Shown here: positions 1 through 8,627 of the stretch, piece by piece
Layout: the number at the start of each line of letters is the position of its first letter
Numbering within the stretch: position 1 is the stretch's first letter
Program-made: the position numbers and the translations under genes
Virus record (IMG/VR): IMGVR_UViG_3300021400_001319
Span: 13,098 to 77,097 of that record
Origin: a virus
Taxonomy: Duplodnaviria > Caudoviricetes
Length of the DNA stretch: 64,000 bases
Reading direction: 5' to 3' (one strand)
Notes under the pieces: generated by a model
Databases searched by the model: none
Seen by the model: only the letters and a program-made list of their open reading frames with translations
Told to the model about the DNA's origin: nothing

Positions 1-147
1 TGCCGTAGTTGCCACCGACAGCTTGACGAGGGACAGGCTAAAGAATTGTATCGTGAGCGGGCAAAGGAATATCTTAAATCGATTTATCCAGATTGGAATG
101 AAGAAGATTTAGTTTATAACAAATGGAAAGGTTTTAAGTATCAATAA
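1..147 (+). CDS. 3' end of a gene, HNH/Zn-finger nuclease-like C-terminus (partial)
   Basis: Frame 1 is open from base 1: CRSCHRQLDEG...YPDWNEEDLVYNKWKGFKYQ*. The CxxCH motif is typical of HNH-type domains. Confidence 0.5.
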   Translation, partial: CRSCHRQLDEGQAKELYRERAKEYLKSIYPDWNEEDLVYNKWKGFKYQ

Positions 148-159
148 AGGAGAAACAAC

Positions 160-579
160 ATGAACAAACTGAGTTTAGTTGGAAGAATTGTACGTGATGT
201 TGATATTAAGACATCACAGAATGGCAAAACAATTGCAAGATTTACGGTTGCAGCACAGAGAAAATACAAGAATAACGAAGGTAATTATGACAGTGATTTT
301 ATCCCGTGTGTTGCCTTTGACAAGAGTGCAGAGTTTATTGAGAAGTACTTTAAGAAAGGCGACATGATTGGTATTACTGGTCGTATGCAGAGTGGATCCT
401 ATGAAGGTCAGAACGGCAAAGTTTACACGCTGGATTGCTACGTAGATGAGGCTGAGTTCGTAGGAAGTAAAGGATCTAGTAATGGTTCTCAGCAGAACAA
501 TTCTCAGCCGGCACAGCAGAATAACAATGATTTCATGAGCATTCCTGACAATATCCCTGAAGAGTTGCCTTTTAACTGA
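160..579 (+). CDS. ssb: single-stranded DNA-binding protein
   Basis: OB-fold N-terminus (LVGRIVRD...RFTVA...DFIPCVAF), Q/N-rich linker, acidic tail ending EELPFN, SD aaggag. Confidence 0.95.
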   Translation: MNKLSLVGRIVRDVDIKTSQNGKTIARFTVAAQRKYKNNEGNYDSDFIPCVAFDKSAEFIEKYFKKGDMIGITGRMQSGSYEGQNGKVYTLDCYVDEAEFVGSKGSSNGSQQNNSQPAQQNNNDFMSIPDNIPEELPFN

Positions 580-590
580 TGAGGTGCAGT

Positions 591-845
591 ATGCAGATAC
601 CAATATTCAGGGCAAAAGATAGAGACAGTGACCAGATGGTCGAGGGGTTCTACGTTGAATACCCAGTTACCAATACCCAAGGGAGCAGTGAGATAACAAC
701 CAATACTGCGCAGTGTATATTCACCTATAAGCCGGGAATGATGGGGCTGATCAATGAACCTTATGTATGCACGATTGAGCTTGGAACTTTGGAGTTTGTA
801 AGGTATGTTGAAGTTCCTTGTTCAGTAGGGAAGATAATTTTGTAA
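591..845 (+). CDS. YopX-like phage protein
   Basis: MQIPIFRAKDRDSDQMVEGFY resembles the YopX N-terminus. SD gaggtg precedes the ATG at 591. Confidence 0.5.
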   Translation: MQIPIFRAKDRDSDQMVEGFYVEYPVTNTQGSSEITTNTAQCIFTYKPGMMGLINEPYVCTIELGTLEFVRYVEVPCSVGKIIL

Positions 846-1160
846 AAGTTATAGATAGTTGTGGCAAGCCAGCAATAGTTAACCATGGAAAAACTATTGC
901 AGAAGTCCGCCAAGAGGAAGGGGCCTGCAATGGCAGGATAGTAAAACGCAAGTCAGAGGGTCGCGCCCTCTGTGAGAACTGGCTAAAGTACGTAGAACTT
1001 GCTAGTGAAAAGAACTGAAGCCACAACAACTAAATATTCCAAGCTGTGGATGTAAGGCACTTCCTGTCTTGGAACATCATACTCCAACTGGTCCGAGTGG
1101 TGATCAGCGCTTACAACATGTATACATAACATATCTTGTGCGACAACAAGAGCAAAATGC

Positions 1161-1233
1161 CGCCCCTTCGCCAAAAGGTTAAGGCCTGGGATTTTGGTTC
1201 CCATATGTGTCGGTTCGAATCCGACAGGGGCTG
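1161..1233 (+). tRNA. trnQ: tRNA-Gln(UUG), no encoded CCA
   Basis: Cloverleaf: acceptor CGCCCCT/AGGGGCT (1-72 mismatch), D stem GCC/GGC, anticodon arm TGGGA-TTTTGGT-TCCCA, T arm GTCGG-TTCGAAT-CCGAC. Confidence 0.9.
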
Positions 1234-1236
1234 CTG

Positions 1237-1388
1237 CAGGGATATGAAGAAGAGCCGATTCAGCCTACGTGGGTAGGTGTGGGTAATAGGACACTCTTCA
1301 AGCAGAGAACACGTTCCGATGAAGTCGGAGTGCTGATGAGAGAAATAGGGGAATAACCATAGATAAGGTGCAAGTCCTTAATTCCTGC
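1237..1388 (+). ncRNA. tRNA-like structured RNA (acceptor stem and T arm with a ~120-nt multi-hairpin insert, no anticodon arm)
   Basis: CAGGGAT(1237-43) pairs with ATTCCTG(1381-87). T-arm-like TAAGG-TGCAAGT-CCTTA at 1364-80. Internal helices GAAGAG/CTCTTC, CCTAC/GTAGG, GTGT/ACAC, TCCGA/TCGGA. Confidence 0.6.
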
Positions 1389-1426
1389 TGCTACCCGTTC
1401 GCCATGGGTAGTTTTTACCTCTGTTT

Positions 1427-1453
1427 AGGGCAGGCTGCTACTCCTGCCCTTTT
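1427..1453 (+). terminator. intrinsic terminator after the RNA cluster
   Basis: AGGGCAGG-loop-CCTGCCCT followed by TTT. Confidence 0.65.
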
Positions 1454-1480
1454 CAAAAAAAGAAAGGAGTATGTTGGGGA

Positions 1481-1972
1481 ATGGATAATTTAACAGAGAT
1501 AGCAGTTCAGTTAAAAAGGATAGCTGACTGCCTAGAAATGATGACAGCGGTTCCTAAAATAGACGCAAGTCCAGAGCAGATTAAAGAACTGGAAAAAGCG
1601 TTAAAGAAGGAACCTCTTACTTTTATTGAGGGGGAAAAAGGAACTCATCAGGATATTGTTGATGCATGGAACAATGAGATGGTTCCTTTGGGTATACCTA
1701 AGATCAATGGCATAAGAAGTAAGAGAGCCACAATGGTTTCTGCCAGAATAAAAGAATATGGGAAAGAGTCTTTCTTCAAATGTATGGAAGAGGTAAAGCA
1801 GAGTTCTTTCCTACAGGGTAAAACAAAGAAACCGTGGACAGGCTTTACTTTCGACTGGCTGATATGCCCTAGTAACTTCCCGAAAGTCTTAGAGGGTAAT
1901 TATAACGATAGTAGAAAAAAAGAAGTCGAGCAGCCAACAAGTAGTGCATTACCGCTTGACTGGCTCAAATAA
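1481..1972 (+). CDS. phage replication initiator / replisome organizer-like protein
   Basis: C-terminal FTFDWLICPSNFPKVLEGNY motif typical of phage initiator C-domains; lies upstream of a loader gene. Confidence 0.7.
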   Translation: MDNLTEIAVQLKRIADCLEMMTAVPKIDASPEQIKELEKALKKEPLTFIEGEKGTHQDIVDAWNNEMVPLGIPKINGIRSKRATMVSARIKEYGKESFFKCMEEVKQSSFLQGKTKKPWTGFTFDWLICPSNFPKVLEGNYNDSRKKEVEQPTSSALPLDWLK

Positions 1973-1977
1973 TATAT

Positions 1978-2253
1978 ATGGGGGTGGGGAAATTGGAACA
2001 GAATGAATTTTTTGCTATTGCAAACAAACTTAAGGCAGCATATCCGAGAGAGGCTTTTCAGGAGCATTACACATTTGATTTGTGGTATGAGTGTCTGCGT
2101 GACCTTGAAGCCAAGTGGGTTGATAAAGCTGTAATAGATTTAATAAAGACTATGAGGTACTGTCCTAAGATAAGCGACATAAGAGAGAAGTATGAGACAT
2201 ACGACAGGAGAACAGAACAGCAGAAGTACGAGGAAGAACATGGACTCCAATAA
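1978..2253 (+). CDS. helicase loader/inhibitor, SPP1 G39P-like
   Basis: LKAAYP...LWYECLRDL...AV...IKT..YCPKISDIRE pattern, size and position. Confidence 0.7.
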   Translation: MGVGKLEQNEFFAIANKLKAAYPREAFQEHYTFDLWYECLRDLEAKWVDKAVIDLIKTMRYCPKISDIREKYETYDRRTEQQKYEEEHGLQ

Positions 2254-2262
2254 GGGGGATAT

Positions 2263-4404
2263 ATGGAATTTTATGATGAAGCAGAAATCAGGAAGTCTTT
2301 AGCAATCTTAAAGCCTAATGGTGAGATATTTGAAATTCGCATACTTGGGGTAGGCAAAAAGAATTATAGCGGATACTTCCGCGATGTAGACGTGATGTTG
2401 GATGAGCTTAAAAAGATTGATTTAACTGGTGCTAATGTTTACTTTTCAGTCAACTCTGTTAATGAAGCTTGCTATGACAGACAGCAAAAAGACAAGCTGA
2501 TGCAGTACTCAAAAGCCACTACCTCAGACAATGACATCTGTGCTTACGACTATATCATGATTGACTTGGATCCTCGTAGGCCTACAGACACTAGTTCAAC
2601 AAATGAGCAGGTTCAGATGGCGAAGGACCTTGGCAACAAAATATATCAGTTTTTAAAAAGCATAGGATTTGAACAACCTATATTTGGCTATAGCGGCAAT
2701 GGTGTTCATTTATTATACCGAATAGCATTAAAGAACTGTGATGATAATAAGAACCTTATTAAAAGGGCTCTTGAAACATTGGCTCTGCTATTTGATACTG
2801 ATGAGGTTCAGGTAGATACAACAACATTTAACCCATCGAGAATATGCAAACTCTATGGCACACTTGCTCAGAAAGGTTCAAGTACTAAGACAAGACCTCA
2901 CAGAATGTCTTATATCCTTAATGGTCCAGGGCAGATTAACATTACTGACATAGAATATATCCGAAAGCTGGTCGGTTATTATCCGGTTGAACTTGAAAGA
3001 CCTCAGAGGTACAACAACTACAATCCTAGAGATTTTGATCTTGAACAATGGATTGACAAATATCATCTGGGGTACAGAAAGACGTCCTTCAGTAACGGCA
3101 CAAAATATATACTTGATTGTTGCCCATTTGACTCTAATCATAAGGGTAAGGATGCTGCTTTGTTTAAGATGAACAATGGTGCTTTAGGCTTTCATTGCTT
3201 TCATAACTCCTGCTCAGATAAAACATGGCGTGATGTAAGACTTTTATTTGAGCCTGATGCATATGAACAGAGAGAACAGTATGAGCAGAAGATTAAATAC
3301 CAATCGTTTAACAGAGACAAGCCACCCGTTCAGCACATAGAAGAAAAAAATAATGAACCCATATTTGAAACTGCATTACAGATTTTACAGAAAAAAGAAC
3401 CGCCTAAGACTTATATAAGAACAGGATTGCATTTGTTTGATCAGAAAACAGGCGGTCTTATTAAAGGGCAGGTAACACTGGTCTCCGGAGTCCGTGGTTC
3501 TGCAAAATCAACATGGCTTAATCAAGTATGTTTAAATGCTATAGATGCAGGGAACAGAACAGCAGTATTCTCGGGGGAGTTAAAAGATACACGGTACATG
3601 AACTGGCTGTACCGTCAGGCTGCAGGAAAAGCTTATGTAAAATCAAACGCCAGATTTGAAAACTCTTATTATGTTGAGGAAAAAACTCAGCAAAAGATTG
3701 CTCAATGGCTAGGAGATAACTTTTATCTGTACAATAATAAATACGGTAATGATTTTAATGCCATGATAGAACAGTTTGAAAAGATAACTAAAGAAAAAAA
3801 GTTGGATCTTCTTATTCTAGATAACCTCATGGCTTTCAATATCAAAGCTTTATCAGAGAACAAGTTTGACGCACAGTCGGAGTTTATATTGACGCTTCAT
3901 AGGATGGCCGAAGAAAACAATATTCATATCATATTTGTGGCTCATCCACGTAAGTCGTTTGGTTTCCTCAGATTAGATGATGTAAGTGGCTCTGCAGATC
4001 TTGCCAATGCAGTTGATAACGCACTGATAGTTCATAGAAACAACAAGGACTTTCAAGCTAAGACTGCCCAGATGTTTGGTTGGAAACAGGACAATGAGAT
4101 ATATCTTGCAACTAATGTCATAGAAATATGTAAGGAACGTGAAAACGGACTGCAGGATGTTTTCATTCCGTTGTTTTTTGAAACTGAAACAAAAAGACTT
4201 AAGAATGACTTCGCTGAAAACATTATATATGGATGGAATGTGGATTCCGATGGTTTTGTGAACTTATCACAAGAAGAAGCTACAGAAGTTGAGGAAGCCT
4301 TTGTAAATATTCAGGAAGAAACTCCATTTGACCTCATTGGAGACAAGGGACAACTTTCTTTGGATGACTTCCAAGCTATAGAGAAAACACCATTTGATGA
4401 TTGA
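2263..4404 (+). CDS. primase-helicase (N-terminal AEP-like primase, Zn-binding module, C-terminal SF4/DnaB-like helicase)
   Basis: IDLDP and SGNGVHLLY primase motifs; CPFDSNH...CFHNSC Zn motif; Walker A GVRGSAKST; Walker B LLILDNL; FVAHPRK and SGSADL motifs. Confidence 0.88.
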   Translation: MEFYDEAEIRKSLAILKPNGEIFEIRILGVGKKNYSGYFRDVDVMLDELKKIDLTGANVYFSVNSVNEACYDRQQKDKLMQYSKATTSDNDICAYDYIMIDLDPRRPTDTSSTNEQVQMAKDLGNKIYQFLKSIGFEQPIFGYSGNGVHLLYRIALKNCDDNKNLIKRALETLALLFDTDEVQVDTTTFNPSRICKLYGTLAQKGSSTKTRPHRMSYILNGPGQINITDIEYIRKLVGYYPVELERPQRYNNYNPRDFDLEQWIDKYHLGYRKTSFSNGTKYILDCCPFDSNHKGKDAALFKMNNGALGFHCFHNSCSDKTWRDVRLLFEPDAYEQREQYEQKIKYQSFNRDKPPVQHIEEKNNEPIFETALQILQKKEPPKTYIRTGLHLFDQKTGGLIKGQVTLVSGVRGSAKSTWLNQVCLNAIDAGNRTAVFSGELKDTRYMNWLYRQAAGKAYVKSNARFENSYYVEEKTQQKIAQWLGDNFYLYNNKYGNDFNAMIEQFEKITKEKKLDLLILDNLMAFNIKALSENKFDAQSEFILTLHRMAEENNIHIIFVAHPRKSFGFLRLDDVSGSADLANAVDNALIVHRNNKDFQAKTAQMFGWKQDNEIYLATNVIEICKERENGLQDVFIPLFFETETKRLKNDFAENIIYGWNVDSDGFVNLSQEEATEVEEAFVNIQEETPFDLIGDKGQLSLDDFQAIEKTPFDD

Positions 4405-4407
4405 TAC

Positions 4408-4436
4408 TTGCAATAATTAACAGTTAATGATACAAT
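4408..4436 (+). promoter_or_regulatory. sigma-A promoter with a palindromic operator in the spacer
   Basis: TTGCAA-N17-TACAAT with extended TG; ATTAAC-A-GTTAAT palindrome at 4416-4428. Confidence 0.7.
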
Positions 4437-4443
4437 ATTCTAG

Positions 4444-4656
4444 ATGGGGGATTTCATGGACAATCCAGTAATACAAACTATTAAAGTCATTATCATAATT
4501 ATTGCGGCCGCTATAGTAATAGGGACTATAGGTGCTTTAGCCTTATCCTACCACGTTTTGGTAGCCGGCGCAGTATGTTTCTTAATTGCGGGCATTTTGA
4601 TTGGTACGCTCATAGGAGTATTTATTTCCAATATAGGAATAGAAGAGGAGCCATAA
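4444..4656 (+). CDS. small two-TM membrane protein
   Basis: Two long hydrophobic stretches in 70 aa; directly downstream of the promoter. Confidence 0.65.
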   Translation: MGDFMDNPVIQTIKVIIIIIAAAIVIGTIGALALSYHVLVAGAVCFLIAGILIGTLIGVFISNIGIEEEP

Positions 4657-5738
4657 TGATTTATTTTGATCAGGCAGCAACAACTAAGCTTCATCCAAGA
4701 GTATCTGAGTTCATGAAAGAGCATTTAGATTATGATTGGATGAATCCAAGCAGTATGTATGCAGCAGACAAGAAAAAAGATATAGATGATTGCAGAATGA
4801 AAATACTAGGCATGATTGGAGCAGACCTTGATGATTATCTGATATTTACTTCAGGTGGGTCGGAGTCCAACTCATTGATGATCCACACTGCAGAACGTCT
4901 TATTACCACTGCAATTGAGCATGACTCAATACTTAACTGTACCAAGCGTCACACATTGCCAGTAGATTCTTATGGCATGATTGATGTGGATAAGCTTTCT
5001 ATTTACAAGGGGGCAATAAGAAACCCTCAGACAATAGTTTCTGTACAGTATGGTAATAATGAAATAGGCACGATACAAGACATAAGCGCTATACGTAATG
5101 CCTGCCCTGACTGCTTGTTACATGTCGATGCAGTTCAGGCAGTAGGACACGTCCCTTTTAGCGTAAAAAAGCTAGGTATAGATATGCTATCAGCTTCTGC
5201 ACATAAGTTTGGTGGGCCTAAAGGTGTTGGCTTCCTTTATGTATCCAAAAGAGCATACCCCTTTATTACCCCTGTAATATATGGGACACAGGAGCAGGGA
5301 TTAAGAGGTTCTACCTATAACTACATTGGGATAATGGCTATGACTTATGCATTAGAACTTGCATTTGATGCGATGATGGACAATCTCCTTCAGACATGCA
5401 GAGTTAGAATGGCTGTTTATGACAGTATGCTCAAGATACCGTGCGCTCACCTTAATGGGCCAATAGACTTTAAGCAACGTTTACCAGGGAATCTGAATTA
5501 CAGATTTGATGGTTACAGAGGGGAAGAACTACAAGCATTTCTTATGCAGCATGATATATTGGTTTCCACTGGCTCTGCCTGCAACACAGGAAACACAAGT
5601 CATGTTCTTACTGCTATAGGTCTTAGTGAGGAAGAAGCGGACAGTTCTCTCAGATTTACTTACAATGAGACGAACACGGTGAGCGAAGCACTAATACTAT
5701 TTAAAACTATTCAGCAGGGATTGGAGCTTTTGAAGTGA
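4656..5738 (+). CDS. iscS: cysteine desulfurase (IscS/NifS family, class V PLP aminotransferase)
   Basis: Real start MIYFDQAATT at 4656; HVDAVQAVG; PLP lysine motif SASAHKFGGPKG; catalytic Cys in STGSAC; SLRFT. Confidence 0.92.
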   Translation: MIYFDQAATTKLHPRVSEFMKEHLDYDWMNPSSMYAADKKKDIDDCRMKILGMIGADLDDYLIFTSGGSESNSLMIHTAERLITTAIEHDSILNCTKRHTLPVDSYGMIDVDKLSIYKGAIRNPQTIVSVQYGNNEIGTIQDISAIRNACPDCLLHVDAVQAVGHVPFSVKKLGIDMLSASAHKFGGPKGVGFLYVSKRAYPFITPVIYGTQEQGLRGSTYNYIGIMAMTYALELAFDAMMDNLLQTCRVRMAVYDSMLKIPCAHLNGPIDFKQRLPGNLNYRFDGYRGEELQAFLMQHDILVSTGSACNTGNTSHVLTAIGLSEEEADSSLRFTYNETNTVSEALILFKTIQQGLELLK

Positions 5739-6160
5739 AAAGAGTGATAAAAAAGACTGACGAGGAGTTTGCGATACTTCAAGAGTTTTGGAAGATACTC
5801 CAAAATTTCTATGAACCGGAAGATACTGATGAGTATTGGAGCAAGCTCCTTGATACAACTATTAAGTTTGAACGTGATCATCCAAACAACCTTTTGTGTG
5901 AACAGCTGATATTGATGATACTGAACTATCTTGAAACTAAATTCAAAAAGGACAGAACATCATCTTACGCAAAGCTGCTTACAATTGTCAGATGGGCATA
6001 CAAAGACTTTGTTGCCGTCGCAAACGAAGAGGATAAAAAAATACTTAATGAAGTTCTTGATAGCAATGAGGGTGCCACAGAACAGAAGATTATTTTGAAA
6101 GCACGGCAGCTTCATCAGCAGGATTCCATGGAACAGTTAAGTATGTTTTTGAAAGGATAA
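5735..6160 (+). CDS. hypothetical protein
   Basis: 141-aa ORF with GTGA overlap, in operon context. Confidence 0.6.
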   Translation: MKRVIKKTDEEFAILQEFWKILQNFYEPEDTDEYWSKLLDTTIKFERDHPNNLLCEQLILMILNYLETKFKKDRTSSYAKLLTIVRWAYKDFVAVANEEDKKILNEVLDSNEGATEQKIILKARQLHQQDSMEQLSMFLKG

Positions 6161-6162
6161 TA

Positions 6163-6669
6163 ATGTACGGGAAGAGAATAGAAGAGAAGAGGAAAATGCT
6201 GGGGCTTACCAGAAAGCAATTGGCAACAAGGGTAAACACAGTCCCGCTTAACATAAGGTTGTGGGAAGAGGAAAAGATTGAGCCAACTATAGCAGACCTT
6301 ATTATATTGGCTGCCGAGTTCAACACAACAATCGATTGGTTGGTAGGGGTAACAGAAGAGGATTCTGAAATAGACTATGTCTGTGAAGACTGCGATGAGT
6401 TTATTGATTGTAAGATAACGCCTCACTTGGAATGTTACATGAATAAACATAAAGATGAGGATCCAGCATATATACATATCCAAGTTGCCATTGATGGAGA
6501 CGATGATGATTGCTTTTTGTACGCAGGGAATGCGAGTGCACTTTTTTCATGTGTAAACATATTGCTGAATAGCCTATCAGATGAATGCTCTATGAATTAC
6601 TATGATATATTAGCAATGTTGGCTTCAGCACATGCTGGTTCTGAGTTAGGGGAGTTGTTTGGGGAATGA
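6163..6669 (+). CDS. XRE-family HTH regulator with an acidic/Cys C-terminal extension
   Basis: RIEEKRKMLGLTRKQLA...IRLWEEEKIEP...LAAEFNTTIDWLVG. Confidence 0.8.
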   Translation: MYGKRIEEKRKMLGLTRKQLATRVNTVPLNIRLWEEEKIEPTIADLIILAAEFNTTIDWLVGVTEEDSEIDYVCEDCDEFIDCKITPHLECYMNKHKDEDPAYIHIQVAIDGDDDDCFLYAGNASALFSCVNILLNSLSDECSMNYYDILAMLASAHAGSELGELFGE

Positions 6670-7253
6670 AGAGAATAATATCAATCACATGTGCCTACTT
6701 ATTATTGGCTTTTGAAATCTGTGCTGCGTGTGAAGAACCTATCGAAGAAGCCGTTGGGGAAGAGGTACAGATAAAGGCAGGGTTTACTCAGTTTATATCA
6801 GATATAGTCCCCACACAGGATAATACAGAGGATTCTAAAAGAACAGCGTCTAAACTAGAAATAATTAACAATATGTATTGTGAAAACAAAGATGTTTCTG
6901 TACCGATACAATCCGACATTGATCTATTGGCATCAATTATACGTGCTGAAGCAGGCAACCAATCATTAGCAGGGAAGAGAGCTGTAGCAGATGTTGTGTT
7001 AAACCGAGTTGATAGCGACCAATTCCCGGACACTATCAAGGAAGTTATTTACCAAGAAGGACAGTTTAATTGCGTAACCGATGGCAATTTTGCCACAGCC
7101 ATTTATACCAAAGATGAAACTGATTATGAGGCTGCAAGGATAGAATTATCAAACAGAACAGATACAGAGATATTGTATTTCCAAACAAACAGCTATAGCG
7201 CTTATGGGACACCAGCGTATGTAATTGGAGATCACTATTTTGCAAAGCAGTAA
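6666..7253 (+). CDS. SleB-like cell wall hydrolase (Hydrolase_2) with N-terminal signal/anchor
   Basis: LLASIIRAEAG...AVADVVLNRVDS..FPDTIKEVIYQEGQF...IGDHYF. Confidence 0.88.
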   Translation: MKRIISITCAYLLLAFEICAACEEPIEEAVGEEVQIKAGFTQFISDIVPTQDNTEDSKRTASKLEIINNMYCENKDVSVPIQSDIDLLASIIRAEAGNQSLAGKRAVADVVLNRVDSDQFPDTIKEVIYQEGQFNCVTDGNFATAIYTKDETDYEAARIELSNRTDTEILYFQTNSYSAYGTPAYVIGDHYFAKQ

Positions 7254-7263
7254 AGGAGTTTTT

Positions 7264-7494
7264 ATGGCAGTAACAAGGATGAAAAGAATCAAAGCAATAA
7301 TTGATAGCGGTATTTACACAAAAGATCATGGACATATCGCAATCACCAAAAAAGAGGCTGAAGAGATAAAAGCCTTATGTGAAAAAGAAATCAGCGTTCA
7401 GGACAGACGTGAGTATCACAAGTCTTATTATCTCAAAAATCCAGACAAATACAATCAGAAGGGGAAGAATAATGCAGAAGATAGCAAAATTTAA
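7264..7494 (+). CDS. hypothetical protein
   Basis: SD aaggag before the ATG at 7264; operon context. Confidence 0.55.
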   Translation: MAVTRMKRIKAIIDSGIYTKDHGHIAITKKEAEEIKALCEKEISVQDRREYHKSYYLKNPDKYNQKGKNNAEDSKI

Positions 7495-7978
7495 GAAGGT
7501 ATCTTTTGAACAGTTTTCAAAAGATTCAAAAAAATTACTTTTTGATTATTCAGAAGAGAAGCTGGCTCATATATATGCCGGGATAAAGCTGCCGTTAAGA
7601 GCTACAAGTGGGTCAGCAGGGTATGATTTTTACACACCTTACGAAGTAAATCTCCATCCTCATGATAAAGTTATTATCCCATCTGGCATACGCTGTGAAA
7701 TTGAAGAAGGTTACATGATGCTTGGAGTAGTAAGAAGTTCAATGGGCATTAAGAACGACATCAATCTGAGTAATACATGCATGGTACTGGATAGCGATTA
7801 TTACTTTGCAGACAATGAGGGACACATAATGATTGCATTAAGGAATATGAGAAACTACTCAGTACACTTCTCAGCTGGCGAGAGAATCATGCAGGGAGTA
7901 TTTCTTCCTTATTGCATCACAATAGACGACAAAGCAGAGAATAAACGAACAGGCGGTATTGGCAGCACTAATGTCTGA
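7472..7978 (+). CDS. dut: trimeric dUTPase
   Basis: Motifs SAGYDF, RSSMG, LDSDY, GHIMI, ERIMQG, RTGGIGST; start MQKIAK at 7472. Confidence 0.93.
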   Translation: MQKIAKFKKVSFEQFSKDSKKLLFDYSEEKLAHIYAGIKLPLRATSGSAGYDFYTPYEVNLHPHDKVIIPSGIRCEIEEGYMMLGVVRSSMGIKNDINLSNTCMVLDSDYYFADNEGHIMIALRNMRNYSVHFSAGERIMQGVFLPYCITIDDKAENKRTGGIGSTNV

Positions 7979-8156
7979 ACTGCAAAGAATTTTGGTAAAG
8001 ATAATAGAAAGTAAACAGAAGGGAGAAAACCGGCTATATCTTACTTGGGGAATAGCTTATGAGACTCTGATAGAGTTAATAAACATGGGCTATCTTGTTT
8101 TGTGGGTATACAAGAACAGTGGAATTTACACGATAGTCGGGTGGGAAAATGATTGA
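7971..8156 (+). CDS. hypothetical protein
   Basis: Short ORF overlapping the dut stop. Confidence 0.45.
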   Translation: MSELQRILVKIIESKQKGENRLYLTWGIAYETLIELINMGYLVLWVYKNSGIYTIVGWEND

Positions 8157-8314
8157 GTTTTTGAGATTTATATTTAGCGACCCTATGTATTTTTTTGGTT
8201 CATTGGCAATCATATCGATAATTGTATGGGGAATTAGCAATTTCACATTAGTAAGAATCAATATATCAAACTACCACCTGCGTTCCGAAGATTCTGTGGA
8301 TACTGAGGTGGACG

Positions 8315-8527
8315 ATGAGGAATTGTAAAGATTGTGTGTTTTGCCAAACAGACTTAATTACAGATTATATTAAGGAAATTGATTTGTACAAATGTGACCT
8401 GGACAACGATGTGATATTTGATCCTCGTCACGAAGGTGAGAACTGTACTTGGTTTAAAGAAAGAAAGCATGAACGTAGAACTTTACTTACGAAAATCCAA
8501 GACTGGTTACACATAAGGAATAATTGA
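8315..8527 (+). CDS. small Cys-rich hypothetical protein
   Basis: CKDCVFC...C...C; SD gaggtgg. Confidence 0.55.
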   Translation: MRNCKDCVFCQTDLITDYIKEIDLYKCDLDNDVIFDPRHEGENCTWFKERKHERRTLLTKIQDWLHIRNN

Positions 8528-8627
8528 GTGTCAAAGCTCATTATTCTATTCGTCTCCTTAAGAGACGTTCATTGATTCAAGGCATGCTGGTACTCCTATA
8601 CCAGTGTGCCTGTCCTTTAGGTAATCT

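Noticed and set aside
818-1018. 66-aa ORF after the YopX-like gene
   Set aside because: No convincing SD or motif and it overlaps the upstream gene; left uncalled.
1085-1125. AAGCGCTGATC...GACCAG on the minus strand resembling part of a pistol ribozyme
   Set aside because: The upstream P1/pseudoknot and UAAAUAG elements are missing, and pairing is better on the + strand.
1332-1345. CTGATGAGAGAAA resembling a hammerhead core
   Set aside because: No stem II between CUGAUGA and GAAA, and no matching stem I/III cleavage-site geometry.
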